Shown: positions 27,947-37,642 of the stretch, one piece after another | Layout: each line of letters starts with the position of its first letter | Numbering within the stretch: the first letter of the stretch is position 1 | Assembly (NCBI GenBank): GCA_031370785.1 | Contig: JANMQY010000074.1 | Location: forward strand, 1 to 47,780 | DNA: 47,780 bases | Direction of reading: 5' to 3' | DNA from: Candidatus Eiseniibacteriota bacterium | GTDB lineage: Bacteria > Eisenbacteria > RBG-16-71-46 | Position numbers and translations under genes: made by a program | The notes under the pieces: generated by a model | Database searches by the model: none | What the model was told of the DNA's origin: nothing | Seen by the model: only the letters and a program-made list of their open reading frames with translations

Positions 27947-29472
27947 TCGAGCTGGGTCTCAAGCCGCTGACGCTGGCCGATGTGGTGCGCGTGGCGCGCG
28001 ACCCGGCGCAGGACGGAGCAAAGGTGGGCCTGAGCGCGGCGGCGCGCGCGCGCATGCTGGCGAGTCGCGCGGTGGTCGAGTCGGCGGTGCGCGAGGGACG
28101 CGCGGTATACGGCGTCACCACCGGCTTCGGCGAGCTCAAAGACCGGCGCATTCCGCCCGAGCAGGTGCGGCGGCTGCAAGTGAACCTCCTGCGCTCGCAC
28201 TCCGCGGGCGTGGGCGCGCCGGCTCCACGCGATGTGGTGCGCGCGATGCTGCTGCTGCGTGCCGCATCGCTCGCGCTCGGATACTCGGGGTGCCGTCCCG
28301 AGGTGGTGGACAACCTGCTCGCGCTGCTCGAGCGCGACGTCACGCCGGTCGTTCCGCTCGAAGGTTCGGTTGGTGCTTCCGGCGATCTGGCGCCGCTCGC
28401 GCATCTCGCCTCGGTGCTCATCGGCGAGGGCGAAGCGTGGCTCGGCGACCGGCGCATGCCCGCCGCGCTCGCGCTGCGCGGAGCCGGGCTCCAGCCGCTC
28501 GACCTGGAGGCCAAGGAAGGGCTCGCGCTCATCAACGGCACCCAGCTCTCGACCGCGCTCGCCGCGCTCGCGCTGATGGACGGCCGGCGGGTGTGGGAGG
28601 CCGCGGTGGCCGCGGCCGCGCTCTCGACCGAAGTGCTGCTCGGCTCCTTCCAGCCGGCGCGCGAGGACGTGCAGGCGCTCAGGCCCTATCGCGGCGCGTT
28701 CGAAGCCGCGCGCCGCCTGCGCGCGTTCTCGGCCGACAGCGCGCTGGTCGAGTCGCACGCCGACTGCGGCCGGGTGCAGGACGCCTACTCGCTGCGCTGC
28801 GTGCCGCAGGTGATGGGCGCCTCGTGGGACGCGCTCGCGCATGTCGAGCGCCAGCTCGAGACCGAGTTCAACTCGGTCAACGACAACCCGCTGGTGTTCG
28901 CCGACAGCGGGGATGTGGTCTCGGCCGGGCACTTCCACGCCCAGCCGGTGGCGCTGGCCGCGGACTATCTCAAGATCGCGGTGGCCGAGATCGCCTCGTT
29001 GAGCGAGCGCCGCATCGACCGCCTGCTCGACACGCGCGTTTCCGAGCTGCCGGCCGCGCTCGCCGGCGAGCCCGGGATCGAGTCGGGCTACATGCTCGCG
29101 CAATACACCGCTGCCGCGCTGGTCTCGGAGAACAAGGTGCTGTGCCATCCGGCGAGCGTGGATTCCATTCCGACCGGAGCCGGGATCGAGGATCACGTGA
29201 GCATGGCGCCGATCGCCGGACGCCACGCGCTCAAGGTGAGCGAGAATGCGGCGCGGGTGGTGGCGCTCGAATTGATCTGCGCGTGCCGCGGGCTCGAGTT
29301 CCGACGTCCGCTCACCGCGGGCGCGGGCTCCGAGCGGCTGTACGGCGCGGTGCGGCGCCGCGTGCCGGCGCCCGAGGGCGACCGGCCGCTCTCCGAGCCG
29401 TGCGAGGCGGTCGCGCGCTGGATTCTTTCGGGAGCGGTGGAAAGGCTCTCCGAAGAGGTGCTCAACGCATGA
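27943..29472 (+). CDS. hutH: Histidine ammonia-lyase
   Basis: TTG start overlaps the dinG stop (TTGA) with [33 protein letters not shown] motif [33 protein letters not shown]. Confidence 0.95.
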   Translation: MIELGLKPLTLADVVRVARDPAQDGAKVGLSAAARARMLASRAVVESAVREGRAVYGVTTGFGELKDRRIPPEQVRRLQVNLLRSHSAGVGAPAPRDVVRAMLLLRAASLALGYSGCRPEVVDNLLALLERDVTPVVPLEGSVGASGDLAPLAHLASVLIGEGEAWLGDRRMPAALALRGAGLQPLDLEAKEGLALINGTQLSTALAALALMDGRRVWEAAVAAAALSTEVLLGSFQPAREDVQALRPYRGAFEAARRLRAFSADSALVESHADCGRVQDAYSLRCVPQVMGASWDALAHVERQLETEFNSVNDNPLVFADSGDVVSAGHFHAQPVALAADYLKIAVAEIASLSERRIDRLLDTRVSELPAALAGEPGIESGYMLAQYTAAALVSENKVLCHPASVDSIPTGAGIEDHVSMAPIAGRHALKVSENAARVVALELICACRGLEFRRPLTAGAGSERLYGAVRRRVPAPEGDRPLSEPCEAVARWILSGAVERLSEEVLNA

Positions 29473-31142
29473 GCACGCTCACCGCATCCCGCAACATCCG
29501 AGCGCCGCGTGGCAGCACGCTCTCGTGCAAGGGCTGGGCGCAGGAGGCTGCGCTGCGCATGCTCATGAACAATCTCGATCGCGAAGTCGCCGAACGCCCC
29601 GATGACCTGGTGGTGTACGGTGGCACCGGCAAGGCGGCGCGCAACTGGGAAGCGTTCGACCGGATCGTCGCGGCGCTGCGCGCGCTCGAGTCGGACGAGA
29701 CCCTGCTGGTCCAGTCGGGCAAGCCGGTCGGCGTGTTCCGCACCCATACGGGCGCGCCGCGCGTGTTGATCGCGAACTCGCTGCTGGTGCCGCGCTGGGC
29801 GACGCTCGAGAATTTCTGGACCCTCGAGGCGATGGGCCTGACCATGTTCGGGCAGATGACCGCGGGCTCGTGGATCTACATCGGCTCGCAGGGCATCGTG
29901 CAGGGCACGTTCGAGACCTTTGCCGAGGTTGCGCAGCGCCATTTCGGCGGCACGCTCGCCGGGCGGCTCGTGCTCAGCGCCGGGCTCGGCGGGATGGGCG
30001 GCGCGCAGCCGCTGGCCGCGACCATGAACGGCGCGGTGTGCCTGGTGGCCGAGGTGGACGAGTCGCGCGCCCGGCGCCGGGTCGAGACCGGATACTGCGA
30101 TCGGATGACCGGCTCGCTCGATGAGGCGCTCGCCTGGTGCCGCGAGGCGCAGGCGGCACGGCAGCCGCTCAGCGTGGGCGTGATCGCGAACGCGGCCGAG
30201 GTGCACGCCGAGCTGCTGCGCCGCGGCGTGATCCCGGACGTGGCGACCGACCAGACCTCGGCGCACGATCCGCTGAACGGTTACCTGCCCGCAGGGCTCG
30301 GACTTGCCGAGGGCGCCGCGCTGCGCGCGTCGAACCCGGAGGAATATGTGCGCCGCGCGCGCGCTTCGATGGCCGAGCAGGTGCGTGCGCTGCTCGGCAT
30401 GAAGGCGCGCGGGACGGTGCTGTTCGACTACGGAAACAATCTGCGCGCCGAGGCCGAGCTGGGAGGGCTTATTCACGATCAGGCCTTCTCGTATCCCGGC
30501 TTCGTCGCCGAATACATCCGCCCGCTGTTCTGTCTCGGCAAGGGGCCGTTCCGCTGGGCCGCGCTGTCGGGTGACCCTGAAGACATCCTCGCCACCGATC
30601 GCGCCGCGCTCGAGGAGTTTCCGAACGACGCGCGGCTGCATCGCTGGATTCCGCTCGCCCAGAAGCACGTCCGCTTCCAGGGGCTGCCGGCTCGCATCTG
30701 CTGGCTCGGCTACGGCGAGCGTCATCGGCTCGGGCAGCGTTTCAACCGGATGGTTCGCGAAGGCGTGCTCAAGGCGCCGATCGTGATCGGGCGCGATCAC
30801 CTCGACTCCGGCTCGGTGGCCTCTCCGTGGCGCGAGACCGAAGCGATGCGCGACGGGAGCGATGCGATCGCGGACTGGCCGATCCTGAACGCGCTCCTCA
30901 ACTGCGCATCGGGAGCGTCGTGGGTGAGCGTGCATCACGGGGGCGGAGTCGGAATCGGCAACTCGATCCATGCCGGCATGGTGATCGTGTGCGACGGCAC
31001 CGCCGACACCGACGCAAAGCTCGAGCGCGTGCTGACCAACGATCCCGGGACGGGCGTGATGCGTCACGCCGACGCGGGATACCCGGAGGCGATCGAACAT
31101 GCGCGCCGGAGCGGAATGAAGCTGCCGGGCTTGACCTCATGA
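29469..31142 (+). CDS. hutU: Urocanate hydratase
   Basis: ATGA overlap; [77 protein letters not shown]. Confidence 0.98.
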   Translation: MSTLTASRNIRAPRGSTLSCKGWAQEAALRMLMNNLDREVAERPDDLVVYGGTGKAARNWEAFDRIVAALRALESDETLLVQSGKPVGVFRTHTGAPRVLIANSLLVPRWATLENFWTLEAMGLTMFGQMTAGSWIYIGSQGIVQGTFETFAEVAQRHFGGTLAGRLVLSAGLGGMGGAQPLAATMNGAVCLVAEVDESRARRRVETGYCDRMTGSLDEALAWCREAQAARQPLSVGVIANAAEVHAELLRRGVIPDVATDQTSAHDPLNGYLPAGLGLAEGAALRASNPEEYVRRARASMAEQVRALLGMKARGTVLFDYGNNLRAEAELGGLIHDQAFSYPGFVAEYIRPLFCLGKGPFRWAALSGDPEDILATDRAALEEFPNDARLHRWIPLAQKHVRFQGLPARICWLGYGERHRLGQRFNRMVREGVLKAPIVIGRDHLDSGSVASPWRETEAMRDGSDAIADWPILNALLNCASGASWVSVHHGGGVGIGNSIHAGMVIVCDGTADTDAKLERVLTNDPGTGVMRHADAGYPEAIEHARRSGMKLPGLTS

Positions 31143-31161
31143 AGGCCGTGGAGGAAGCGCG

Positions 31162-32451
31162 ATGACCGTGAGTCGGGAAGTCTCGGGCAAGACGGTGGCC
31201 GGACGCGCCTCGTACGTGATCCTGCACAACACCTCGGAAGTGGTGACCCCGGACGCCGAGGGAACCCGCGTGCTGCGCTTCCCGAGGGGCGCGATCGTGT
31301 TCCAGGAGGGACGCGTGCTCGAGGTGGGCAACGCGAGCGAGCTCTCGAGCCGGCACCGCGAGGCACGCCCGCAGAACGCGAATGGGCGCCTGGTCACGCC
31401 GGCGCTGGTCGACTGCCACACCCACATGATCTTCGCGGGCCACAGGGCGCAGGAATTTCAGCGCCGGCTCGCCGGCGAGAGCTACGCCGCGATCGCGAAG
31501 GCCGGCGGCGGGATCCGCTCGACGGTGACTGCGACCCGCGCGGAGCGCGAGGAGGTCCTCGAGAAGAGTCTCGCCAACCGGCTCGAGCGCTGGCGCGCCA
31601 ATGGCTGCACCACCGTCGAGGTCAAGAGCGGCTACGGCCTGATGCCCGGCGCCGAGTTGCGGCTGCTCGAGCTGATGCGCGGTGCGGCGCAGCGCGTGCC
31701 GGTGCGCGTGCATCGCACCGCGCTCCTGCTGCACGCGATGCCCGAGGAGTTCGGCGATCGCCGCGCCGCGTTCCTCGAGGAATTGCGCGAGCGCACCCTG
31801 CCCGAGATCAAGCGTCGGGATCTGGCACACGCGGTGGACGCGTTCTGCGAGTCGGTGGCGTTCACGGTTGAGGAGTGCCGCTCGGTGCTGACCCGCGCCA
31901 AGGAGCTGGGCTTCGCGATCAAGCTGCACGCGGACCAGCTCCAGCGCAGCGGCGGCGCGGCGCTGGCTGCGGAGCTGGGTGCGCGCTCGGCCGATCACCT
32001 CGAGAAGGCGACCGCCGAGGACTGGAGCGCGCTGGCCAAAGCCAAAACCGTCGGGGTGCTGCTGCCTGCCTCCGCGCTGACCCTGCGCCAGAAGCTGCCG
32101 GATGCGGGCATGCTGCGCGCGAGCGGCGCGCGCTGGGCGATCGCGACCGACTTCAATCCCGGCACCTCGCCCGCCCAGTCGCTCCTCGAGTGCGCTGCGC
32201 TGGCCGCGCGACTGTGCGGCTTCAACGCGGAAGAGACGCTGATGTCGATCACGTGGAATGCCGCGAGAGCGCTCGGAATGGAAGCGGAGATCGGTCACCT
32301 CACGCCCGGTGCGTGGGGAGATGCGGTGGCGTGGGAGTGCGAGACGCTCGAGGAGCTGCCGTACTGGCTCCCCGCGGTGCGGCCCGACTGCGTCTACATG
32401 CGCGGCGCCGATCTCGCGATGCCCTCGGTGGAGCGAAGGGTGTGGCCATGA
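31162..32451 (+). CDS. hutI: Imidazolonepropionase
   Basis: DCHTH; GGGIRSTV; EVKSGYGL; DAFCE; KLHADQL; SADHLE; ATDFNPGTSP. Confidence 0.95.
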   Translation: MTVSREVSGKTVAGRASYVILHNTSEVVTPDAEGTRVLRFPRGAIVFQEGRVLEVGNASELSSRHREARPQNANGRLVTPALVDCHTHMIFAGHRAQEFQRRLAGESYAAIAKAGGGIRSTVTATRAEREEVLEKSLANRLERWRANGCTTVEVKSGYGLMPGAELRLLELMRGAAQRVPVRVHRTALLLHAMPEEFGDRRAAFLEELRERTLPEIKRRDLAHAVDAFCESVAFTVEECRSVLTRAKELGFAIKLHADQLQRSGGAALAAELGARSADHLEKATAEDWSALAKAKTVGVLLPASALTLRQKLPDAGMLRASGARWAIATDFNPGTSPAQSLLECAALAARLCGFNAEETLMSITWNAARALGMEAEIGHLTPGAWGDAVAWECETLEELPYWLPAVRPDCVYMRGADLAMPSVERRVWP

Positions 32452-32481
32452 GCGGACTCCTCACGATCGGGGACCACTGAA

Positions 32482-34011
32482 ATGCCGCGACTCGTCGAAT
32501 GCGTTCCCAATTTCTCCGAGGGCCGGCGCCGTGAAGTGGTCGAGGCGCTGATGCAGACCATCGCCTCGGTGCCGGGCGCGACCCTGCTCGACAGCGAGAT
32601 GGATCCGGACCACAACCGCTCGGTGCTGACCTTTGCCGGCGAGCCCGAGCCGGTGCTCGAGGCTGCGGTCAAGGTGGTCGCGCGCGCCGCGGAGCTGATC
32701 GATCTCAACCAGCACTCGGGCCAGCACCCGCGCATGGGCGCCGCCGACGTGGTGCCATTCGTGCCGGTCGAGGGCGTCACGCTCGAGGACTGCGCGGAGC
32801 TGGCAAGGCAGGCCGGAAAGCGCATCGGCGAGCTCGGCATCCCGGTGTTCCTGTACGAGGCGGCGGCGACGCGCGCGGAGCGCGTCAGGCTGGCGGACGT
32901 GCGGCGTGGCGAATTCGAAGGGCTGCGCGATGCGATCGGCCGCGATCCGGCACGCGCGCCCGACTTTGGCCCCGCCCGCATCCATCCGACCGCAGGCGCG
33001 GTCGCGGTGGGGGCGCGCCGCTTCCTGGTCGCGTTCAACGCCAACCTCGACACCGGAGACGTGCGCGTGGCGAAGGCGGTCGCGGCCGCGGTCCGCGAGC
33101 AGAGCGGCGGCCTCAAGAACGTGCGCGCGCTCGGCTTCTCGATCGAGAACGGACGGCGCGCGCAGGTGAGTATGAACCTGGTCGATACCGAGGCCACCCC
33201 GATCCACCGTGTGCTGGCGCTGGTTCGCGCCGAGGCGGCGCGTCACGGCGCTGCGATCTCGGGCTGCGAAGTGGTCGGGTTGATCCCGGAATACGCGATG
33301 CTCGACGCCGCCGAGCACGCGATGCAGCTCGAAGGCTTTCGCCGTGATCAGGTGCTGGAGCTGCGCCTGCGCCGGCCGCCCATGAGCGAGGGGATCTCGA
33401 TCGGCACCTTCCTCGAGCAGGTGGCGGGCCCGACCCCGACTCCCGGCGGGGGCACGGTGGCGGCCTTTACCGGAGCGCTCGCGGCCGCGCTGGCCACGAT
33501 GGTCGCGAACCTGACGCTGGGGAAGAAGAAGTACGCCGCGAGCGAAGAGACCATGAAGAATCTCCGGCGCGACGCGACGGCACTGCAAAGCGCACTGCTC
33601 GCGCTGGCGCGCAAGGACAGCGAGGCGTTCGAGGCCGTGCTTCGGGCGCGGCGACTGCCGGAAGGCACTCCTGAGCAGAACGCGGCGCGGTTGAAGGCGC
33701 TGGCGGCGGCCGAGCTCGAGGCGGCGCGGGTGCCTCTGGCCACCGCCCAGGCCTGCGTTTCGGTGATCGGACTGGCCGAGCAGGCCGTCCGTCACGGCAA
33801 TCCGAACGCGGCCAGCGACGCGGGGGTTGCGGGCCTCCTGGCCCGCGCCGCAGGAGAGGGCGCGCTGCTCAACGTTCAGATCAACCTGAAGTCAATTGCC
33901 CCATCCGCCGATAAAGACGACGTGGAGACGGGTTATCGCCGCCTGCACAGCGCGCTTCTTTCACATGACGAGCGCTGTCGTGAAGCCGTGCAGGCGGCCC
34001 TTGACGGTTGA
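32482..34011 (+). CDS. ftcd: Bifunctional glutamate formimidoyltransferase / formimidoyltetrahydrofolate cyclodeaminase
   Basis: N-terminal LVECVPNFSEGR..DPDHNRSV..GQHPRMGAADVVPFVP..QVSMNL (transferase) fused to PTPGGGTVAA..DSEAF..GNPNAASDAGV..NVQINL (cyclodeaminase); 509 aa. Confidence 0.93.
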   Translation: MPRLVECVPNFSEGRRREVVEALMQTIASVPGATLLDSEMDPDHNRSVLTFAGEPEPVLEAAVKVVARAAELIDLNQHSGQHPRMGAADVVPFVPVEGVTLEDCAELARQAGKRIGELGIPVFLYEAAATRAERVRLADVRRGEFEGLRDAIGRDPARAPDFGPARIHPTAGAVAVGARRFLVAFNANLDTGDVRVAKAVAAAVREQSGGLKNVRALGFSIENGRRAQVSMNLVDTEATPIHRVLALVRAEAARHGAAISGCEVVGLIPEYAMLDAAEHAMQLEGFRRDQVLELRLRRPPMSEGISIGTFLEQVAGPTPTPGGGTVAAFTGALAAALATMVANLTLGKKKYAASEETMKNLRRDATALQSALLALARKDSEAFEAVLRARRLPEGTPEQNAARLKALAAAELEAARVPLATAQACVSVIGLAEQAVRHGNPNAASDAGVAGLLARAAGEGALLNVQINLKSIAPSADKDDVETGYRRLHSALLSHDERCREAVQAALDG

Positions 34012-34064
34012 CAGGGACGGGAATGCATCCGGGGCGCGCCATGTGACCCGGGGAGAAAGCCAAC

Positions 34065-36131
34065 TTGGAAAAGGCGATCGAGATCAAACGTCGGGCCCAG
34101 CGCTGCGTCCAGAACGGTGATCTGGACGGAGCATTGAGTGAATACGAAAAACTCATCGCGTCCGACGATGGCGATCCCTACAACTATGTCCTGATCGCCG
34201 ACCTCCTTTATAAGAAGAGCGATCAGCAGAACGCGGGCCTCAAGTACCTGGCTGCGGCCTCGGCCTACGAGAAGGCCGCCCTCTACAAGAATGCGATCGC
34301 GGTGTGCAAAAAGATGGTGCGGCTCTCACTCGCGCCGGTGCACGTCTATCAGCGCCTCGCCGCGCTCCACGCGCTCGACGGACTCTCGACCGAAGCTTCG
34401 CTCTACTACGTGCAGCACGCCGAGCTGCTGATCCGCGACAACAAGAATGCGGACGCGGCGAAATCTCTGCGGCTCGCATTCGACACCTCGACCGAGAACA
34501 TCAAGGCGCTCGAACGGCTCGCGGAGCTGCTGGCGATGGACGGTCACAATCCCGAAGCAGCGCGCACGCTGATCGAAGCCTCCGAGAACTATCTGCGCGC
34601 CGGCCAGAAGCAGGACTCCGAGCGCTGCCGCCGCCGCGCGCGCCAGTTCGATTCGACCGTGACCGCATCCGGTGCGGCCGAGGCCGGGGAGGCGAGCGCG
34701 AAGCCCGCCGAGATCTCGAAGGGCCCCGCCGCGCCCGCCGAAGGCGCCGAGGCGACCGAGCACTTCGGCGGACCCGCCCGCCTGCCCGACGCCGTGCCGA
34801 TTCGCGAGGCAGAGGACGCACCGGTCGCATCGCGCAAGCCTTCGACGTTCAGGCTGAAGGTGCCGGATCCCGACCTCGAACAGCGCCCGCCGATCGAGAC
34901 CGGCAACGAAGATCTCCAGCCACTGGGCGGCGCGATCAGCGGGCCGCCGCGGCTCGAGACCGATGCCACCTTCCAGCGCGGAAGCGACGTGCGCATGGAA
35001 CCGCTCGATCTCGAGACCGGCCGCTACGAAAGTCCGTCGCGGCTCGAGCAGGAACCGGAATCCATCGAGGCGGCCTCGCCGCCTTCTCCCGGCCTCAACT
35101 TTGGCGCGCCCGCGCACGAGCCCGAGCCCGAGCCGGCACCGGTCGCCAATCCGCTCACCGAAGTCGAGCGCATGCTGGCCCGCGCGCAGGAGTGCTTCCG
35201 CAACGGACAGCGCGAGGCCGCGAGCGAAGCGCTGGCGGGAGCGGCCAGCGCGTACGACGCGCTCGGTCGCCACGACAGCGCGGCGACCATCTATCGGAGC
35301 CTGGGCAAAAGCGCGCACGCCTCGACCGACATTCTCGAGCTGTGGCTCGCCAACTGCGAAACGCGTGACGATCGGGTCGAGGCCGCGCAGGTGGCGTGCG
35401 AGCTGGGCGATCGCGCGCTGAACGACGGACATCCGGACGATGCGCGCCAGTGGTTCGAGCGCGCACGCAAGCTGGACACGAGCAACGATCTTTCCATGCG
35501 CCGGTTGCAGCGCCTGAGCAGCGGGCAGGGCGGAGTCGCCAGCCGGGCATCCGCGGCGCCCGCCGGGAACGCTCCGGCTTCACGGTCGAATGTCCCCGAG
35601 GAAGAGACCGATGAAGCGCCCTCGCGGGCGCAGCCGGGCCTGAATGGGGAAGTGGGCCGCGTCGAAGTGGCGGTCGGTCGCGGCGAGGCAGTCACCTTCG
35701 ATCTCGGCTCGCTGATCTCGGAATTCCAGCGCGGGGTGGAAGCACAGCTTTCCGGGGACGCCCAAAGCCACTACGATCTGGCCATGAGCTACCGTGAGAT
35801 GGGCCTGCTCGAGCAGGCAGTGGACTCCTTCCGTGTCGCCGCGGAGGATCCCGCGTATCTGAGCAAATGCGCGGAGATGATCGGACGCTGCATGCTGGAC
35901 CAGGGTCGGTTCGACGATGCCGCACGGGAATTCGCGACCGCGCTCTCGCAGCCGGTCGCCGATGTCTCGCTGCTGACCGGACTGCGCTACCAGCTGGGCC
36001 TGGCGCATGAGGCGGCAGGCCGCACCCGCGATGCGCTCGAGGAATTCGAGCGCGTCTATGCGGCGCAGGCCAACTACCCGGACGTCTCACTCAAGATCCG
36101 CGTCCTGCGCAAGACGCTGGAGAGCAGCTGA
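34065..36131 (+). CDS. Multi-TPR protein (SgmX-like architecture); start uncertain
   Basis: N-terminal TPR array, Pro/Glu-rich disordered linkers, central TPRs, and C-terminal TPRs beginning EFQRGVEAQLSGDAQSHYDLAMSYREMGLLEQAV. No signal peptide. Confidence 0.8.
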   Translation: MEKAIEIKRRAQRCVQNGDLDGALSEYEKLIASDDGDPYNYVLIADLLYKKSDQQNAGLKYLAAASAYEKAALYKNAIAVCKKMVRLSLAPVHVYQRLAALHALDGLSTEASLYYVQHAELLIRDNKNADAAKSLRLAFDTSTENIKALERLAELLAMDGHNPEAARTLIEASENYLRAGQKQDSERCRRRARQFDSTVTASGAAEAGEASAKPAEISKGPAAPAEGAEATEHFGGPARLPDAVPIREAEDAPVASRKPSTFRLKVPDPDLEQRPPIETGNEDLQPLGGAISGPPRLETDATFQRGSDVRMEPLDLETGRYESPSRLEQEPESIEAASPPSPGLNFGAPAHEPEPEPAPVANPLTEVERMLARAQECFRNGQREAASEALAGAASAYDALGRHDSAATIYRSLGKSAHASTDILELWLANCETRDDRVEAAQVACELGDRALNDGHPDDARQWFERARKLDTSNDLSMRRLQRLSSGQGGVASRASAAPAGNAPASRSNVPEEETDEAPSRAQPGLNGEVGRVEVAVGRGEAVTFDLGSLISEFQRGVEAQLSGDAQSHYDLAMSYREMGLLEQAVDSFRVAAEDPAYLSKCAEMIGRCMLDQGRFDDAAREFATALSQPVADVSLLTGLRYQLGLAHEAAGRTRDALEEFERVYAAQANYPDVSLKIRVLRKTLESS

Positions 36132-36976
36132 TGTCACGCCCGCCCGTTCGCGACGGCGGGCGGCGAATCGACCTGCACGCGCACACCAACTTCAGCGACG
36201 GGCTGCTGAGCCCCGAACAGCTGGTGGAGCGAGCGATCGAGCGTCAGCTGGTCGCCGTCGCGGTCACCGATCACGACACCGTCCATGGCGTGGCGCGTGC
36301 GCACACCGCTGCCGCCCATCGCATCGAAGTGGTGCCGGGCATCGAGATCTCGAGCGCGCTTCCCGGCCTCGATCTGCATATCCTCGGCTACTTCCTCGAC
36401 ATCGAGGACGCCACGTTGCGTGAGCGGCTGGAGCGCTTTCGCGCCGAACGCCTCGATCGCGCGCTCGCCATGGTGCGCAAGCTCTCCGAGCTGGGCGCCC
36501 CGATCGATCCCGAGCAGGTGCTGGCGCTCGCCGGCCCCGGTGTGGTCGGACGTCCGCACGTGGCCGAGGCGCTGGTGCGCGCGGGCCACGTCGAAAGCCT
36601 GGATGCCGCCTTCCGGCGTTACCTGGGCGCGCGCGGCGAAGCCTTCGTGCCGCGGCCCGCGTTTCGGCCGGAGGAGGCGCTGGCGCTGATTCACGCGGCG
36701 GGCGGGGTGAGCGCGCTCGCGCATCCCGGCTCCATGCTCCCCGATGGAGTGATCGAGCACCTCGCGAGCGAAGGCTTGCAGGGACTCGAGGTGTGGCATC
36801 CACAGCACGGCGCCACCACCGTGCGTCGTTATCGGACGCTCGCTGCGAGACTCGGGCTGCTCGAGACCGGAGGCTCCGACTTCCATGGAGTCGGCCGAAG
36901 CCTCGACTTGGGAGACATCCAGGTGCCGGCCAGCGTGCTTGGACCGCTCAAGCAGGCAGCGGGCGTCGCCGGCTGA
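36131..36976 (+). CDS. PHP-domain phosphoesterase (TrpH/YciV-like)
   Basis: IDLHAHTNFSDG; TDHDT; GIEIS; LHILGY; GRPHVA; LAHP; GGSDFHG; TGATG overlap with the upstream gene. Confidence 0.92.
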   Translation: MSRPPVRDGGRRIDLHAHTNFSDGLLSPEQLVERAIERQLVAVAVTDHDTVHGVARAHTAAAHRIEVVPGIEISSALPGLDLHILGYFLDIEDATLRERLERFRAERLDRALAMVRKLSELGAPIDPEQVLALAGPGVVGRPHVAEALVRAGHVESLDAAFRRYLGARGEAFVPRPAFRPEEALALIHAAGGVSALAHPGSMLPDGVIEHLASEGLQGLEVWHPQHGATTVRRYRTLAARLGLLETGGSDFHGVGRSLDLGDIQVPASVLGPLKQAAGVAG

Positions 36977-37025
36977 TACTGAAGGCCTTCGCGCACGCGC
37001 CGAGTCCCAGTGCGCGCGGCTCGCG

Positions 37026-37054
37026 TTGACTCGTCCGCTCCTCCGCCCTACGCT
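37026..37054 (+). promoter_or_regulatory. Sigma70-type promoter
   Basis: TTGACT (37026-37031), 17-bp spacer, TACGCT (37049-37054), 25 bp upstream of the ATG at 37079. Confidence 0.65.
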
Positions 37055-37078
37055 GCGGTCCGCCCTTTGCTCCCCGGC

Positions 37079-37642
37079 ATGGCCCCAACGGAGATCCGCG
37101 CGATCGCACGCCAGCCCACGTCCGCCCGGCGCCTGTCCTATGCCGCCCTGATGGTTGCGGCGGGGCTCACCGGCGTTTACGCGGAGACCATCCCCAATTT
37201 CGAGGTGCTCACGCTGGTGGTGTTCCTTTCCGGCGTACTGCTCGGCATGTCATGGGGAGCGCTGGTCGGGGCGCTCACCATGATCGTCTACTCACTGCTC
37301 AATCCGTACGGCGCGGTGCATCCGCTGGTCACCCTGGCTCAGGTCATGGGCGAGGTGGCGTCCGGAGCCTCGGGCGCCTGGTTCGCGGCCGCGGGTTTTG
37401 CGACTTCGCGGCCACTGGTGCGTGCCTTTGCGCTCGGGCTGTTCGCGATCGCGCTTACCGCGTGGTTCGATCTCATCACCAACCTCGCCACGGGAATCCT
37501 GTTCGGTCAGATCCGCGTCACGCTCCTCGGAGGCATTCCGTTCGCTCTATGGCACATCGCATCCAACGTCGCGCTGTTCGCGGTGCTCGGCACGCCGCTC
37601 GCGGGCGTGTTCGCGCACTACCGCGCGCGGCTCTCCTCCTAG
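37079..37642 (+). CDS. ECF transporter S-component (substrate unknown)
   Basis: 187 aa with about 6 hydrophobic helices; AxxxA motif in helix 1 (ALMVA); IPNFEVLTLVVFLSGVLLG..GALVG pattern; HIASN in the last helix. Confidence 0.75.
   Translation: MAPTEIRAIARQPTSARRLSYAALMVAAGLTGVYAETIPNFEVLTLVVFLSGVLLGMSWGALVGALTMIVYSLLNPYGAVHPLVTLAQVMGEVASGASGAWFAAAGFATSRPLVRAFALGLFAIALTAWFDLITNLATGILFGQIRVTLLGGIPFALWHIASNVALFAVLGTPLAGVFAHYRARLSS

Noticed and set aside
34041..34067. In-frame ATG-TGA just upstream of the TPR gene (readthrough or selenocysteine?)
   Set aside because: No SECIS-like element or redox context is evident; a TTG start with a GGGGAG RBS explains the gene.
35118..35135. GAGCCC tandem repeat
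   Set aside because: Encodes a short EPEPEP linker in a disordered region; not an array or contingency locus.
36977..37078. Cobalamin or other riboswitch upstream of the ECF S-component
   Set aside because: The gap is about 100 bp, mostly occupied by the promoter; no B12-box or other recognisable aptamer.
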